A stretch of DNA of 64,000 nt from Camelus dromedarius. Taxonomy: Eukaryota. Both the position numbers and the translations under genes were made by a program. Numbering within the stretch: the stretch's first letter is position 1; each line of letters opens with the position of its first letter. The notes below the pieces were generated by a model that ran no database searches, had not been told where the DNA came from, and saw nothing but the letters and a program-made list of their open reading frames with translations. The stretch lies in NCBI RefSeq assembly GCF_036321535.1, contig NC_087436.1:11594001-11658000 (forward strand), read 5' to 3'. Shown in pieces: positions 62,450 to 64,000 of this stretch.

Positions 62450-63800
62450 TGTGAAAGTTCATTTTCTACCTTTGTCTTTTTAGTTGAAGCCATTCATGTT
62501 TTACTGATTTAATTTTCCTTACAAATAACCCCTCATTTCTGTCTCTGTTTGCAGCTCCTCCTGCTCCGTTTGCCTCTTTGTGGCACTGGAGGACCAGCGC
62601 TTTAAGCACCATTTTATGTCTGGTCTAATCAGAGTGATCCATAGTATAATGCTTTTATTTCTGTATTGATTTTCAGCTCTCGTGTGTTTGGGGCAATGAT
62701 GGATTAAGAAATAAGAACTAATCTGTTATCCACTGTTTCTTGTATCATCTTTAGTTATTACTTTATCTTTCCATTAAATTATGTCTTTTACATTTTTTCA
62801 TATTAATGCTTTTATTTAGTGTCTTTTCAAGTTTTTTTGAGTCTACATTTTTAATTGCTGCAAATGCACATTAGTAGTGCTTTTTCTGTTTTGCCCAGTG
62901 TTAACAGGAGTTCTCAATTTAGAACCAACTGTGTATTCTGCCAGTTTGCTACTCCCTCCTTTTTCTAGACCATTAATAAATATTTTAATTTAGAATGGAC
63001 ATCAGCATTCTCCCTGGTGACACCTCATTAGAAATACCCACTTGCTGACATAGTCCATTTTTAGGAAGTTTTGGTCCATATGATTATGTTTATTATCTAA
63101 GCCAAAAATAAGTATTTAGACATACAACATCCGATGAGATTCAGGATCATATATGTTCAAATTTGGCATGATTTTTTAAAACATCCCTCTGCCTTTTACT
63201 CATCGTTTCATAGGCTCCTAGAAGTTCGAATGCTTTTCTCAAAATATTCTAAATTTTTACTAAGAATTATTATCACTTAAAAGGTATTTACAAGGCATTC
63301 ACCTCCTACCCTATTTTGAAAATTGGTATTTGCCTTTTTTAAATTTTCTGATCTCTCCTCAGTTCTCCAAGATTTTTCAAAAATAATTGTAAGTGGCTCA
63401 GTAAGTACATTAGCTAGTTCCCTTAACACTTTAGTATGCATGCCATCTGGGTCTGCTGATTTTATAAGTGTTTACATTTTCCAAATACCCTTTTACCTCC
63501 TTTTATAAGTAGCCATCTCTATAAGTCTTCATTACTTCATATTTGTCCATATTATTTGGTGTCAGTTTTTGTTCCTACAAAAAAAATAGATACATAAAAG
63601 GTTTTCATAGCCTTAGCCCATTCAGATTGTTATTTCCTTTATGCTAGTCTTTCAAACTTCCTTCTAAATAGTTTGTTTTATCTTTAGTACTTTTTAAACA
63701 TTTTTATTTGTAAAGAGTCTCTTCTTGTGTATTCCCTCTTTTGGCATCTTTAGCTTTGGCTTTACCCTTAGGGGGAAAACTAATTCTCTTCTAATTTCTG
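62450..63800 (-). mobile_element. Ancient CR1/L3-clade LINE ORF2 (reverse transcriptase) relic
   Basis: Minus-strand 63462-63328 reads KSADPDGMHTKVLRELANVLTEPLTIIFEKSWRTEERSENLKKAN; colinear degraded motifs KSCQ, DVVCLN, IFINGLE, TLIRPDIKWC follow. Confidence 0.85.
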
Positions 63801-64000
63801 GAATAAGTATGTCACTTTGGAAAACGTGCTGAAGAGTTCTTGGGAAAATCCTATCAAGTATTCTTTTTTCTCTTTTGCGTGGAGTTGTGATTGTCTGTTC
63901 AGTTGCCATTGTTTCTGGGCTTCTCTGGTTGGCTTTGGAGTGTCCCTGCCACCTGTATTAACTTTGGATTTCTCACTTCTTCAGGCTTTATTTTGAGGTG

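Larger units (their letters stand above)
1..64000 (+). other. KLHL2: Internal portion of the KLHL2 gene (kelch-like 2, CUL3 adaptor); both ends of the gene lie outside the window
   Basis: Five colinear, phase-compatible exons; no start exon and no kelch-repeat exons seen. Confidence 0.95.

Noticed and set aside
1..64000. CRISPR array, operon or other prokaryotic-type system
   Set aside because: Sequence is a spliced mammalian gene with mammalian repeats; no regularly spaced repeat-spacer array or dense ORFs.

Overview
Mammalian genomic DNA, almost certainly camelid, judged from six copies of the tRNA-derived Vic-1-type SINE. The window lies inside the KLHL2 (Mayven) gene on the + strand. It contains five internal coding exons (8202-8323, 31978-32140, 56040-56149, 60318-60434, 61796-61945) that splice in frame into the BTB C-terminus, BACK domain and linker. 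The intron after 32140 has a non-canonical GC donor. The rest is intron filled with L1, SINE, MIR/L2/CR1, LTR and DNA-transposon remnants, and apart from these exons the ORF track is repeat-derived or spurious. I found no evidence of a new protein-coding system. The most unusual features are retrotransposition products: (1) a 759-bp TSD-flanked polyadenylated insert made mostly of non-L1 sequence (44153-44911); (2) a 2.8-kb L1 with intact ends and TSD but almost all of ORF2 removed at a splice-acceptor-like junction (37223-40012); (3) a rearranged L1 between a 14-bp TSD whose ~170-bp extra 3' tail recurs inverted 37 kb away; (4) a long CR1 reverse-transcriptase relic, still readable, at the 3' end. 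Repeat family names are from recognition by eye and repeat boundaries are approximate unless a TSD is given.
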